From: Cetorhinus maximus
Lineage: Eukaryota
DNA: 64,000 nucleotides
Assembly (NCBI RefSeq): GCF_964194155.1
Contig: NC_135881.1
Location: 30,070,001 to 30,134,000, forward strand
Direction: 5' to 3'
The notes below the pieces were generated by a model. That model was not told the origin of the DNA. It did not search any database and was given only the letters and a program-made list of their open reading frames with translations. A program made the translations under genes and the position numbers. Every line of letters starts with the position of its first letter. The stretch's first letter is position 1. This document shows, in pieces, positions 36,797 to 50,200 of this stretch.

Positions 36797-37539
36797 GGTT
36801 ATCATGTTCTAGGGTGTATGTAGAACTGAGGATCTGAAGATTACTTATACTTTAAAATCCATTATTTTGGTATAAAATATACAAAGCAGTTCATTACCAC
36901 CCAGTGAAATTCTACTATATGTCAATAGGTCAATTCAGATGAAAAAGTAATTTTCACGAGGATGCTGTCTATCCAATTATACAAAAATGTTGCTCCACCT
37001 GAAAACTGAGTAAGAGAAGGGAAGAGTTTAACATCTTAAATATACAAATGATTACATTGAATTTTCAAACCTTACCCTGCCCCAATTTAGCCTAAGATTA
37101 GGGGTAAGAGGCCCACTTTAGAAATGAATTTTAGTGGCTTTGGTGATGGTAATTGACCATGTTTTATTGGTTGTTCCATGTTTACCAAGTTTGAAGGCAG
37201 TTTGGGATCAGACCAGCCAGACCTAAAATTCAACCGGAACTGGTTCATAGAATCCTAGAAATAACTTAATGGCAAGAGTAGGTGGGGGAGCTAGAAATGA
37301 AGAAGAGATCGATGTACATGATGGACCTTCTTAAATTATAATGTCACAGAGCTCCTCATTGTGGTCATTAATCTGCAAAATCAACAGCTGCAGGCAGGCG
37401 TTAATTGTGACAGCAGAAATTTTTAAAATCTGTGCCAACGAAACAAGTTGAGGCCATCGGAGTCCTTCCAAAGGCAAAGGAACACAACAAAAAAAAGTCT
37501 TCCTGAAAACAAGTGAGTCTTTACAATTCTTATTGCTTA

Positions 37540-39250
37540 CTACACTTAATCAATATTTTGCCTCAGTTTTCACGAGGGAGGACACTAGTACCACCCCAAG
37601 AGTAGCAGGTAGAGCAGAGGGTATAGAGAAGGAGGAACTTCAAACAATCACCATCACTAGAGAAAAAGTACTGAGCAAACTATTGGGATTAAAGGGTGAC
37701 AAGTCCCCAGGACCTGATGGCCTACATCCCAGGGTCTTAAAGGAAGTGGCAGCAGAGATAGTGGATGCTTTGGCAATAATATTCCAAAATTCCCTGGATT
37801 CTGGAAAGATTCCAGTGGATTGGAAAAATGCTAATATAATGCCCTTATTCAAAAAGAGGGGAAGGCAGAAAGTAGGAAACTATAGACCTGTTAGTTTAAA
37901 TTCTGTCGTTGGGAAATTGTAGGAATCCATTATTAAGGAAGTAGTAATGGGGCACTTGGAAAGTCAAAATGCAATCCATCAGAGTCAGCATGGTTTTATG
38001 AAGAGTAAATCGTGTTTGACTAATTTGCTAGAGTTCTTTGAAGATGTGACAAGCAAAGTGGATAATGGGGATCCTGTAGATCTAGTATATCTGGACTTCC
38101 AGAAGGCCTTTGATAAGGTACAAAAAGATTAATACACAAGATAAGATCACACGGAGTTAGGGGAAATATATTAGCTTGGATAGAGGATTGGCTAACCAAC
38201 AGAAGGCAGAGAGTCTGGATGGCAAGCTGTAACTAGTGGGGTGCCACAGGGTTCGGTCCTTGGGCCCCAACTATTTACAATCTATATTAATGACTTGGAT
38301 TCAGGGATAGAAGGTACTATAGCTAAATTTGCAGATGTCACCAAAATAGGTGGGAAAGTAAGTTGCAATGAAGAAATAAGAAATTTACAAATGGATGTGG
38401 ACAGGTTAGGTGAATGGGCCAAAATTTGGCAGATGGAGTTTAATGTGGATAAGTGTGAGGTTATCCATTTTGGTTGGAAGAATAGAAAGGCGACTTATTA
38501 TTTAAATGGAGAGAAACTTCAGAATGCTTCAATGCAGAGGGATTTGGGTGTCCTTGTGCATGAATCGCTAAAAGCTAGTATGCAGGTGCAGCAGGTAATA
38601 AGGAAGGCAAATGGAATTTTGGCATTTATTGCTAAAGGAATAGAGTATAAAAATAGGGAAGTGTTGTTGCAACTGTACAAGGCATTGGCGAGACCACACC
38701 TGGAGTACTGTGCATAGTTTTGGTCCCCTTACTTGTGGAAGGATGTAGTTGCACTAGAGGAGGTTCACTAGATTGATTCCAGAGATGCGGGGCTTGTTTT
38801 ATGAGGAGAGATTGAGCAGTTTAGGCCTATACTCGCTAGAGTTTAGATAGATGAGAGGAGATCTAATTGAGGTATATAAGATGCTAAAGGGGATAGACAA
38901 AGTAGACGTGGAGCAGATGTTTCCCCTTGTTGGGCATTCTAGAACAAGATGCCATAGCTTTAGGCTAAGGGGTAGATTTAGATCAGAGATGAGGAGGAAT
39001 TACTTTTCTCAAAGGGTCGTGAATCTGTAGAATTCACTGCCTCAGAGTGCAGTGGATGCGGGGAGGCTGAATAAATTTAAGGAGGAGATAGACAGATTTT
39101 TAACTAGTAACAGGTTGAAAGGTTATGGGGAGAAGACAGGAAATTGGAGTTGAGGCCGAAATGAGATCAGCCATGATTGTATTGAATGGTGGGGCAGGCT
39201 CGAGGGGCTGAATTGCCTACTCCTGCTCCTAGTTCTTATATTCTTATGTA
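37540..39250 (+). mobile_element. CR1 LINE, 5'-truncated
   Basis: LNQYFASVFT, KSPGPDGLHPRVLKE, GNYRPVSL, YLDFQKAFDKV, PQGSVLGP, KFADVTK, RPHLEYC, with tail TTCTTATATTCTTATG. Confidence 0.95.
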
Positions 39251-39699
39251 TACAATATCACCCTGGAACGGGAACAATTTCAAACCTTTTCCACCACAAG
39301 TTTTCCCTCAGTTCTCCATAACCTTTGCCTCACCTTGACTCAAAATGCGAGAAGGTCATGGACTTCCTGCATTCCATGTTGAGGCTGTAGGTATAATTGC
39401 TTCTGCTCCTTCTAACTGCTCCTCAACTCCTCCATCCTACTCAAGTCCTAATTCTCACTCATGTTCTCCCAACCAAGCCTCATGCACCATTTACTCTACA
39501 GTTTCTCACCCCTTTCACACTCAGCCTTCGGCCTATCCAACTCATCCATAAAGTCTAGTCCTCTCGGTCCCCTTTTGTCCAAATCCTGACTACCCAATTT
39601 CACTTCTTCAGGCCATATTTATGATACTATCAACCTAATTCTATCTTTATGCGACTGTTCTGCCTCTCTCCAATTGACACCCAATCTCATTCTTCTGTT

Positions 39700-40580
39700 T
39701 CTTTCATTGAACATATCAGTGTTTTGCAATTGCATTCTTGCCTTTCCCAACACTTCTTGTTTGAGGCTGTCCTATCAGACTTCCACCTTACCCAGGACAC
39801 GGCGACTGCATTGGTCAAAGTTGACATCCCATGTGACTGTGACAAGGCTTCTATGTCTCTTCCCATTCTCAAATTTCTCCCAACCACTCCATTCTTTTAC
39901 AACACCTTTTATCCACAGCCCATCTCCATGACACTGCTCTCTCCTGATTATACTCATACCTTTGCAATGCTGTCAATACATTGCTTCCAGCATCTTCTCC
40001 ACTTCTGCCTCTTGGATCATGTATGATGCACACTTCAATGGCACACACCTCTTCACTTTACAATATCATATGATAGTCAGGTGTCAGCTTCCACATATGT
40101 GCCAAAGATACCCAGCTTTGCCTTCTGTTTCCTTCATCAAACCAAGTTTTTTAAGATACTTTTCATCTGCCTGGTCTGTATTAAGACCTGGATGAGTCAA
40201 AAAGTTCCTTCATCTTAATGTTGATAAAAGCAAACTAATTATTTTCTAGGTCCTACCTATAGTTTTGACTACAGCAATTACTTTGTCCATTGCCTCAGCT
40301 GAATCATCTCATTGTACAGCTTGATCCTTACTTTCACTAAGGAGACCATTATTTCCACCTCAGTAACATTCCTCAACTTTCCAACTCTTCCTCCTGGTGC
40401 AACTCTAATTCGGGTCTTAATCACTTTGGAGCTCAAATTTTCTTTCCAAGTTGGCTTCTCATCTCAACCATCCATGGACTGCAACTTATCAAAAAGGCTG
40501 CTGTCCATATTTTCACTCATAGAGTCCTGCACTCTCATCTCTCCCACCCCCTCCAAACTTCACTGGCTCCCCACACTACT
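39700..40580 (+). mobile_element. Highly degenerate L2-type LINE fragment
   Basis: FEAVLSDF..TATALVKV..CDCDK remnants and LHWLP (CTTCACTGGCTCCC) near 40560. Confidence 0.5.
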
Positions 40581-42169
40581 GTTTCTGCCAGCAACCCTTA
40601 ACATCAGAGACATGCTCAAGAGTCTTATAGATGCAAACATTGCGCACCTCAAAGAGTTGACATTCAGCACTGTCAATCTTCCGGAGGCACAGGAACAGCT
40701 GAGTGGCAATGATGCCAATAAAAGGTTATTGGCAAGACCATGCTGCACAAGTGGTTTTTAAGGAATCTCTGTAAGTAAGGACATCCCCTTGACTCATGCA
40801 AAGGATATGCCTGGCACTGATGAGGGATAATCACAACACTACACAGAAAGCACATTATAGTTTTTTTCATTTTACTGCCTGGGCATTAAATGTCAGCTGG
40901 GCAGAGTGCAGAGGGTATATCTGGTAGAGGACATAACCTACCCCATGCAGAACTTGCTAGAATTTGCTTCCATTAAATTCAATGGAAGAGGAATCAGACA
41001 AGTTCTGTTATGGCACATTTTCCTTTCTGCGCTTCACACAGGTAATGTTGAACACCCCAGGTGGCAAAGACATAGGTCTTCCCCTCAGTCTTGGTGAGGC
41101 AATGGTTTGGCATTTCGCACTCCTGCCTCCTCCTGAGTAGTGCATAGATAAAGGGTATGAACACTTTTAAACAGGACCACATGAACTCCTCAGATGTGAT
41201 AAGCATGGTAGTAAATCATACCGAGCAGGTATTGTGTTAGAATTTTAGTGCCAATGTGGAATAAATTATACAAATTAACAATCCAGCCACAGATCATAAC
41301 ATTATAAGGATGGAAAATCTTGTGGGATGCATTGTTATGTGTTCCTGAACTCTCCTGTTACACAAAGTTCTATGCTTTTACACTAATTTGTAAACTCCAC
41401 TCCTATGTGTAAATACACATAAAATGCATTTAGATACTACTGTATACACAGGAAATGTAGATAACTACACTCTATTTTATGTATATGTTATTTATATTGA
41501 AATGGAGTCCCAAAAAGTAGTACCTTAATCTCACTATTCCACTTATCCCACTTAGCCAATTGGTTAGTTACAAACAGGTTCTGCAAGGGAGGTCCTAATA
41601 CAATAAATTAAGCTTAAACCAGATGGTCTTGTCCTTGTGATGCACTAACTTCCATTCTTCTCTGTTACTTCTTTGTCAGTTTAATTTCAGGGTTGAACAG
41701 AAGTGTTGTGTTCTTTGGGCACATTCTATAGCCACTGTCTGCCATGAGTCAGCCTTCCATTTTACCTCTTCCTCAAAGACTTATTCTTGCTAGAATGCCT
41801 GAGCATGAAAAAAATCAATGTACACTCCTTCAGTGCATGCTTTGACAAGCATCATTTTTGGGTTGAAATTATACATCATTTGGACATTGAGGGATTAATG
41901 TCCAGTCATTAATGCCTTTCACTTTAATAAAACTGGCCAAGCCACTGTTGTTTCTGATGTGTTAATGTTGAACTTTATGTGATGCTATACCCTCTGAAGC
42001 AGAGCTTCAACCATATATCGAAGGATGGGCCAAACAGCCTCCTTCTATGCTGTAGTATTCTCTGATTATATGACCAGTTGGTGGCATAGAACCCCAGAGA
42101 GGTGTCCTGTAGATACTTGGAAAGTAAAAGTGATGTAAAGACTGTGGTGACTTTCACTCCCACCATAGG

Positions 42170-43800
42170 ATTTTTTTTACATTTATTCATGGGATGTGGC
42201 TAGGCCAGCATTTATTGCCCATGCATAATTGTCCTTGAGAGGGTGGTGGTGAGCTGCCTTCTTGAAGCATATGGTGTAGGGACACCCACAGTGCTGTTAG
42301 GGAGGGATTTCCAGTATTATGACCCAGCAACAGTGAAGGAACAGTGATATATTTCTAAGTCAGGATGGTGAGAGGCTTGGAGGGGAACTTCCAGGTGGTG
42401 GTGTCCCCATGTGTGTGCTGCCCTTGTCCTCCTAGATGGCAGTGGTCATGAGTTTGGAAGGTGCTGTCTAATGAGGCTTGGTGAGTTCCTGCTGTGCATC
42501 TTACAGATGGTACACACTACTGTGCGCGGTGGCAGGAGTGAATGTTTGTGGAAGGGGTACCAATCAAGCACGCAACTTTGTCCTGGATGGTGTCAAGCTT
42601 CTTGCGTGTTGTTGGAGCTGCACTCATCCAGGCAAGTGGGGAGTATTCCATCACACTCCTGACTTATGCCTTGTAGATGGTGGACAGGGCATGGGGAATC
42701 AGGAGGTGAGTTACTCGCCACAGTAGTCCTAGTCTCTGACCTGCTCTTGTAGCGACAGTATTTATATGGCTAGTCCAGTTTAGTTTGGTAACCCCCAGGA
42801 TGTTGACAGTGGGGATTCAGCGATGGTAATGTCAAGGGGTGATGGTTAGATTCTCCCTTGCTGGAGATGGTAATTGCCTGGCACTTGTGTGGTGTGAATG
42901 TTACTTGCCACTTATCAGCCCAAGCCTGGATATTATCCAGGTCTTGCTGCATTTGGACTGCGTCAGTATCTGAGGAGTCGTGAATGGTGCTGAATATTGT
43001 GCAAACATCAGTGAACATCCCCACTTCTGAACTTATGATGCAAGGAGGTCATTGATGAAGCAGCTGAAGATGGTTGGGCCTTGGACACCACCCTGAGGAA
43101 CTCCTGCAGTGATGTCCCGGAACTGAGATGATTGACCTCCAACAACCACAACCATCTTCCTTTGTGCTAGGTATGACTCTAACTAGCGGAGAGTTTCCCA
43201 CTGATTCCCATTGACTACAGTTTTGCTAGGGCTCCTTGATGCCACACTCGGTCAAATGCTGCCTTGATGTCAAGGGCAGTCACTCTCACGTCACTCTGGA
43301 GCTCAGATCTTTTGTCCATGTTTGAACCAAGGCTGCAATGAGGTTAGGAGCTGAGTGGCCCTGGCAGAACCCAAACTGAGCATCAGTGAACAGATTATTG
43401 CTAAAAAAGTGCTGCTTGATAGCATTGTTGATGATCCCTTCTATTACTTTTCTCGTGATCGAAAGTAGACCGATGGGGTAATTGGCCAGGTTGGATTTAT
43501 CCAGCTTCTTGTGTACAGGACATACCTAGGCAATTTTCCACAATGCTGGGTAGATGCCAGCGTGGCTAGGGGCGCGGTAAGTTCTGGAGCACACGTTTTC
43601 AGTACTATTGCCGGAATATTATCAGAGACCATAGCCTTTGCAGTATCCAGTGCCCTCAGCCATTTCTTGACATCATGTGGAGTGAATCGAATTAGCTGAA
43701 GACTGGCATCTGTGATGCTGGGGCCCTCTGGAGGAGGCCTAGATGGATCATCCCCTCAGCACTTCAGACTGAGAATTGTTTCTAATGCTTCAGCCCTATC
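42170..43800 (-). mobile_element. CR1/L2-group LINE (partner family of the tRNA SINE), 5'-truncated
   Basis: DNIPAIVLKTCAPEL, MFTDVC..MQQDLDNIQAWADKWQVTF..KCQ, and 3' tail (minus) GGGCAATAAATGCTGGCCTAGCC. Confidence 0.88.
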
Positions 43801-44349
43801 TTTGTCCTCCGCTTAGCTGCAGCAATGGGTTATTGGTTGACAGGTATTAGAACTTAGTGGCTACATCCTCACTTAGCTCCAAGCGACTTTGCCTAACATG
43901 GATACACCTCCTTCAATGGCAGTTATGTAGCACAGTTGGCCCCCTATTCTCTTGATACTCTGTTTTTGAAATTTCCTGTAGGTGTTCTTTCACTTTCTGA
44001 TACACTACAATTGTTGCTACATCTAATTTCTACTGCTAACAAGCTTACACTGTGCAAGAAACAAAATTGGCACCAATGTGGCCTCACCTGCACAGCTTGA
44101 CCTGCCAGACTAACATCAGGCTTGACTAGAAAATATTCACCTTTTGAATTTATTCTCCCCTGATGTTTCTAGATGTTTCTTTCCATCTGACATCTGCACC
44201 CATTAACAAAAACGCTGCCATCCCAATGGCAGCATCGAGTACTCATCGAGGTCAAGTATTTTTTCTCTTCAGAGACTATTATTTGCTTTCAGCACTTCAC
44301 CCTAAAACCACTGTGAATTACAATGCTAGTTAATTTTAAACTAACTGCC

Positions 44350-45150
44350 AACTAACAACCACCATCGCAGAAGCCAATCTTCAGCCAATTCAATTCACTC
44401 CACATGATACTGAGAAACCTCTGAGCACGTTGGCCATAGTAAACGCTATGGGCCCCAAAGGTATTCAGATAGCAGTGCTGAAGAAATGTACTCTGGAACT
44501 ATCCAGGCTATTCCAGTATAGCTACAACACAGGCACCTAATCAACAAAATGAAAAATGGGCAAGGTTTGTCCTGCCCACAAAAAACACAACTAATCCAAT
44601 CTGGCCAATTACTGCTCCATCGGACTACTCTCAATCATCAGCAAAACGATAGGAGAGGTTGTCAGCATGGTTACCTACAACACTCATTCAACAATGGCCT
44701 GCTCACCAATGCTCAATTTGAGTTCTGCCAGGACCACTCAGCTCCAGGCCTCATTACAGCTTTGGTCCAAACATGAACAAAAGGGCTGAGTTCCAAGGGT
44801 AAGTTGAGAGTGACCATTCTTGACATCAAGGCAATATTTGACGCCATGGAGCCCTAGTACAATTGAAATCAATGGGAGCCCGAGGAAAACTCTTTACTGG
44901 TTGGTGTCATTCTTCACAGAAAGGAAGGTTGTTATAGTTTTTGGAGGCCTATCACCTCAGCTTCAGGGCACTGCTGCAGAAGGCCTTCAAGGTGGCTGCA
45001 TTGTCCTCGGCCCAACCATCTTCAGCTGCATTGTCAATGACCTTCCTTCTATCACAAGGTCAGATGGCTACTCATGTTTGCACAGTGTTCAGTTCCACTC
45101 ACAACTCTACAGAAAATTAAGTAGCCCATGCCCACATGAAGAGGTTACCT
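44350..45150 (+). mobile_element. Degenerate fragment of the same LINE family
   Basis: LLTNAQFEFCQDHSAP..LVQT, LDIKAIFD, LGPTIFSCIVNDLPSI. Confidence 0.7.
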
Positions 45151-45579
45151 GATTTGAGTCTTAATGGTGGACACCCAACCATTGGGATCACATCTGGAAT
45201 GCCCACTGAAAAGTCCAGTTGAAGACTGTCTGGCCATATGGATGAGGAGCCTGATCCCCAAACAGAACCAACAGAGAGATGTTGCCATGACCCTCCTTGT
45301 AAGGTGTCTGCTTTCACAATAAAATGATTTGTAGTCTTGGGGAGGCACATCTGGCCTGACCAATCATACATTTGCTGACAAAACTTAGGGTTCTAAGCAG
45401 GTCTGGAACATAGAACTCCTGATGTAAGAAAGTCAAGTCCCTGCCTCCAGCCAAATCCCTCCCCTCTCCACACCAAATGACAATAGCCATGTGTAGGATG
45501 ATCAATGTCTACCCTCATTAGGCCATAGAGGAATCTCTGATGTATGGTTGGGACTTGGTGTAACTGGTTCCCAGCCAGA

Positions 45580-46090
45580 AATACTTCAACAATAACATAT
45601 AATTATAGTATCTTTAATGTAATAAAACAGCTCATGACTTCACAGGAGCACCACAAAACCAAGTAAGGCACCAAGCCACAGGTAACTAAAGGCTTGATCA
45701 AAAAGGTAGGCTTTAAGAGGCATCTTAAAAGAGGGAAACAAGCTAGAGATGCAGAGGGATTTAGGGAGAGTATTCCAGAGTTTAGGATCTAGGCAACTGA
45801 AGACACAGCCACCATTAATGGAGCAATTGAAATCAGGGATGCTCAAGAGGCCAGATTTAGATGAGCGCAGATATCTCAGAGGGTTGTGGGGCTGGAGGAA
45901 ATTACAGAGATACAGAGGGGAAAGGTAATGGAGGGGTTTGAAAGTAATGATGAGAATTTTAAAATAAAGGCATTGTTTGACTGGAAGCCAACGCAGGTCA
46001 GCCCCAGGCAGAGGGATGATAGGTGAATGGGACTTGGTGCGAGTTAGGAAATGGGAAGCAGTATTTTGGTTGACCTCAGATGTATGGAAG
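45580..46090 (-). mobile_element. L2 LINE 3' fragment
   Basis: ORF 45640-46107 QNTASHFLTRTK..LRWLPVKQCLYFKIL..LSPLYL..LWNTLP..FKMPLKAYLFDQAF. Confidence 0.85.
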
Positions 46091-47009
46091 GTGACTTGAA
46101 CCCACAACTTTCTGACTCAGAGGCAAGCATGCTACCAACTGAGACATGGCCGACACCAGGTATTATGATAGTTTCCCACCAAAGTTACAGTGGGGGTATG
46201 GGAGAAAAGCTGGAGATTTAAGGAGCCAAGTTATGTAACTGGGTTCAGCCGGGCAAGTGTCTATTCATTTCCCTTTAAGGTCTGGATTTTCTTTTATTCA
46301 TTCATGGGATGTGGGTGTGGCTGGCTAGGCCAGCATTTATTGCCCATTCCTAAATGCCCTTGAGAAGGTGGTGGTGAGCCACCTTCTTGAACCACTGCAG
46401 GCCATGTGGTGTGGGTATTCTCACAGTGATGTTAGGGAGGGAGTTCCAGGATTTTGACATTTAAATGGAGCCCAGAATGATGGGATGAAATTCTTATGCA
46501 TATGCTGCAGGATCTGACCTGAAATTAGCTTGGAGTGTTAATCCAATTCCCCAAAGGTAACAGTGCCCTAATTTTGGACCATATTGGGAATATCAAGGTC
46601 AGAAGGATGGTTAATGCGACTACCAGAGTGGTATAAGGTGAACCTAGATGGACCCTGACCTTTTTTGTCTTGCAATTCCTATGTTCAAATGTGTAAGAAA
46701 AAAATAAATTGCATTAATACAATAGGGGACTTTCCTATTAAACTGGGGCTATGTACAATGTTGGAAAGAGGAAAGGAAACTTCAACTCTGTGAAGTAAAC
46801 TAAGAATGACAGTGGGTGCCTGAAATGAGAAAGTGCATCTTTTCCGCTACCCTTCCTGTTTTCAAAAGGAGGAGGAAAACAAATGGGAAGACCAGAAAAA
46901 TAAACCTTTCAAAAACAAAACAAAAGAACAAGTGGCCTACATAACATCACATAATTACAATGAGTAAATGATTACATATACTCAAAAGAAAAGGTTAGGT
47001 CAGCAACAA

Positions 47010-47230
47010 AGGGTGGTGACTGTCTGAAATACACTGCCTGGGAGGGTGGTGGAGACGGGTTGCCTCACATCCTTTATAAAGTACCTGGATGAGCACTTGG
47101 CACGTCATAACATTCAAGGCTATGAGCCAAGTGCTGGTAAATGGGATTAGGTAGGTAGGTCAGGTGTTTCTCACGTGTCGGTGCAGACTCAATGGGCCGA
47201 AGGGCCTCTTCTGCACTGTGATTCTGTGAT
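47010..47230 (+). mobile_element. CR1 3' end fragment
   Basis: Highly similar to 25030-25185, followed by tail GGGCCGAAGGGCCTCTTCTGCACTGTGATTCTGTGATTCT. Confidence 0.8.
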
Positions 47231-47819
47231 TCTGCGAAAAGTCAATGAAAGATTGAAATGCATGTCATCAGTGGAGGTTTTGTTAACAGACTCATCTTCT
47301 AAGATAGGAGGGGAAGGAAGCTCCGAAGGTATAAACAAAGGAACAGAAGGGGTAAATGTTTGGAATTTCCCAATAGTATTAACCACAGCTAGGCCAACTG
47401 TGAGAAGCCCGAGAAAAAAATTTGAAATCGCACCGAAATCTTTAAATCTGACAAATGTGATAAAAGGCACATGTCTGTGCAGTTGCTAAAAGCTCGGTGC
47501 ATATGGCTGGTAGTCTGGCATGTTGTAGCCATGCTGAAGAGTCTCCAAACCAAGCTACTGAATTAAGGGAGGGGGTTGAAAAGGGTAGTGCGGGTGATGT
47601 TGAGTTAATGGACTATTTCAAAAGGCATTTGATAAAAATGCCACAAAAACAAAAATGGAAGTTTTTGGGATTAAAGGAATACAAAATAGGGACAGGAAGC
47701 AGAACAGTGATAAACTTCTTGTTTTGGACTGGAGGGAAGTAAACAGTGGTGTGCCCAGGGGTCAGTATTAGGATTACTTCTCTTCTTGATATATATGAAT
47801 ACTTCAATAGTATTTGAAG

Positions 47820-50200
47820 GGGATTAGAAGAGGTATGATGATGTGGATTGGAGGTGCAGTTTGGAGGTGGGTCTGGAAAGGTGCTTAGGGACAAAAAGGA
47901 GGGATTAGAGGTACATGTGGAGGTTGGGGAGAGGGAGGGAGAAGATTTTGGAGGTAGAGGTGGCAAGATGGATTAGAGGTGGGGAGGGAGAGGTTGGGAG
48001 GTAGGGGATCTGAGGAATTGGAGGAGTAGAGGAGGTAATTGGAGTTGGAGGTTGGAAGTTGGAACTGCGGAGGGGAGGAAGGGGATTGAAGAAGCAAGAG
48101 GAGGTGGAAATTAGAGGAAGGATTTGAAGGTTGGCATTCAGGGAGGGGATTGAAGGAAGAGGCAAGGGACGGGAATGGAGTTAGAAGGGAGGGAGAGAAG
48201 TAGATGAGATAGAGGAGGGACATTGGAGATTTAGAGGAGGGAGTGAATTGGAACTGGAGGGAAGGAAGGAGGTTGAAAGAGGCAAAGGTGGAAGTTGTGA
48301 AGGAAATTCAAGGTGGAGGGAGGAGGTTGAGTGGCGAGGTCGAGCAGGGAGAGACTGAGGAGGGAGGTGGAAGTGGAGGTTGGGGGGCTTGCATGCAAAT
48401 GAGGAAGGGGCATGGGCAGAACAGGGGGAAGCGAAGGGAAGGGGTGATAGAGGGGGAACGGAGGAGGGGAAGGACATTGGAGGATGAAGTCAAAGAGGGG
48501 TTTTACTGTTGGATAGCAGAAAGGAGGTTGGAGGATGGATGTAGAGGAAAGGGAGAGAGGGGCAGAGGAGGAGTTTGGAGGAGGAGGTGGAGGGGAGACA
48601 GAGTGAAAGAGGTTGGTGGAAGAGTCAATTACTAGGGAACATAGATTTAAGGTGAGAGGAGAAAACTATAAAGGTGATGTGCAGGGCAAGTTTTTTACGC
48701 AGAGGGTAGTGAGTGTCTGGAATTCGCTGCCAGAGGAGGTAGTGGAAGCAGGTACGATAGTGGTGTTTAAGAGGCAGCTTGATAAATACATGAATAGGAT
48801 GGGAATAGAGGGATATGGACCCCGGAAGTGCAAAGTGTTTTAGTTGACGGGCAATATGATCGGCGCAGGCTTGGAGGGCCGAAGGGCATGTTCCTGTGCT
48901 GTACTTTTCTTTGGATGGGAGGTGGGAGGAGGAGTGAAGGTAGAGGTTGAAGGGAGGGGTGTTGGAGGAGGGATGGGAGGGAGGAGGAGAAAAAGGGATA
49001 GGAGGGAGGGAAAGGAATGAAAGGAGGGAGGAAAGTAGGGGAGAGGGGAAGGGAAGTAGGGGAGAGGGAAGTNNNNNNNNNNNNNNNNNNNNNNNNNNNN
49101 NNNNNNNNNNNNNNNNNNNNNNNNNNNNNNNNNNNNNNNNNNNNNNNNNNNNNNNNNNNNNNNNNNNNNNNNNNNNNNNNNNNNNNNNNNNNNNNNNNNN
49201 NNNNNNNNNNNNNNNNNNNNNNNNNNNNNNNNNNNNNNNNNNNNNNNNNNNNNNNNNNNNNNNNNNNNNNNNNNNNNNNNNNNNNNNNNNNNNNNNNNNN
49301 NNNNNNNNNNNNNNNNNNNNNNNNNNNNNNNNNNNNNNNNNNNNNNNNNNNNNNNNNNNNNNNNNNNNNNNNNNNNNNNNNNNNNNNNNNNNNNNNNNNN
49401 NGGGGGGTGGGGGAGGGGGAGGGGGAGGGGGAGGGGAGGGGGAGGGGGCAGTGGGGGTGGTCTAAGGAAGGGACCTGTGAAGGGTGGATGGGTAAGGAGG
49501 GAAGGGGAGGTAGAGGAGAAGGGATTGGAGAGTGAGGAGGAGATGGAGTGAGAAGGGGGAGGTGCAGGGAGGAAGATGGGAGGAGGAAGTGGAGGGAAGG
49601 ATTTGGAGGAGGGAATGAAGGGGGATTGAGGTGGGTAATGAGGTGGAGGAGGGAGTATGATGGAGATGGAGGGAGAGAATGAGTTTGGAGGAGTGATTGG
49701 AGGAGGTGGATGGAGTTTGGAGGTGAAGGGAGAAGTTTTGGTGGAGGGGGGAAGGATGTGGAGGAGAGAGGCAGTTTGAATGAGGGAGTTTGGAGGTTGA
49801 GGGTGGGGGTTTAGAGAGATTGGAGGAAGTGGAGGGATAGAGGAAATCTTGTGGAGGGAGTGGAGAACGTTTGGTGGAGGTTGAGGCAGGAGGATTGGAG
49901 AGGATGTTTGTAGGAGGGAATGAGGAGGTAGAGAGAATTACTTTGGTGGAGGGAGTTTAGAGGAGGGAGTTTGGAGGTGTAGGGAGGTTAGAGCTGGAGA
50001 GAGTTTGGAGATGGAGGTAGTAATTTTGAAGGGTGAGTGAGATTGAAGGGAGAAGGTTTGGAGGTGGAAGGAGGGAGTTTGAAGTGTGTGAAATTGAAGG
50101 GAGAGGGTTTGGAGGTGGAGGGAGTTTGGGGAATGGGGATGTGGGGAAGGAGGGATTTTGAAGGTACAGGGAGTTTGGTGGTGGAAGGGTGTTTTGAGAT
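47820..50200. repeat. GA-rich low-complexity tract (contains CR1 3' fragment 48630-48905 and the assembly gap)
   Basis: Strongly purine-biased plus strand (GGAGG/GGAAG motifs). ORF 48613-48843 TREHRFKV..FFTQRVVSVWNSLP. Confidence 0.85.
49073..49401. other. Assembly gap (329 N)
   Basis: Run of n characters. Confidence 1.

Noticed and set aside
47885-49535. Pro/Ser-rich and Gly/Glu-rich ORFs
   Set aside because: Artefacts of low-complexity GA-rich DNA and the N gap.
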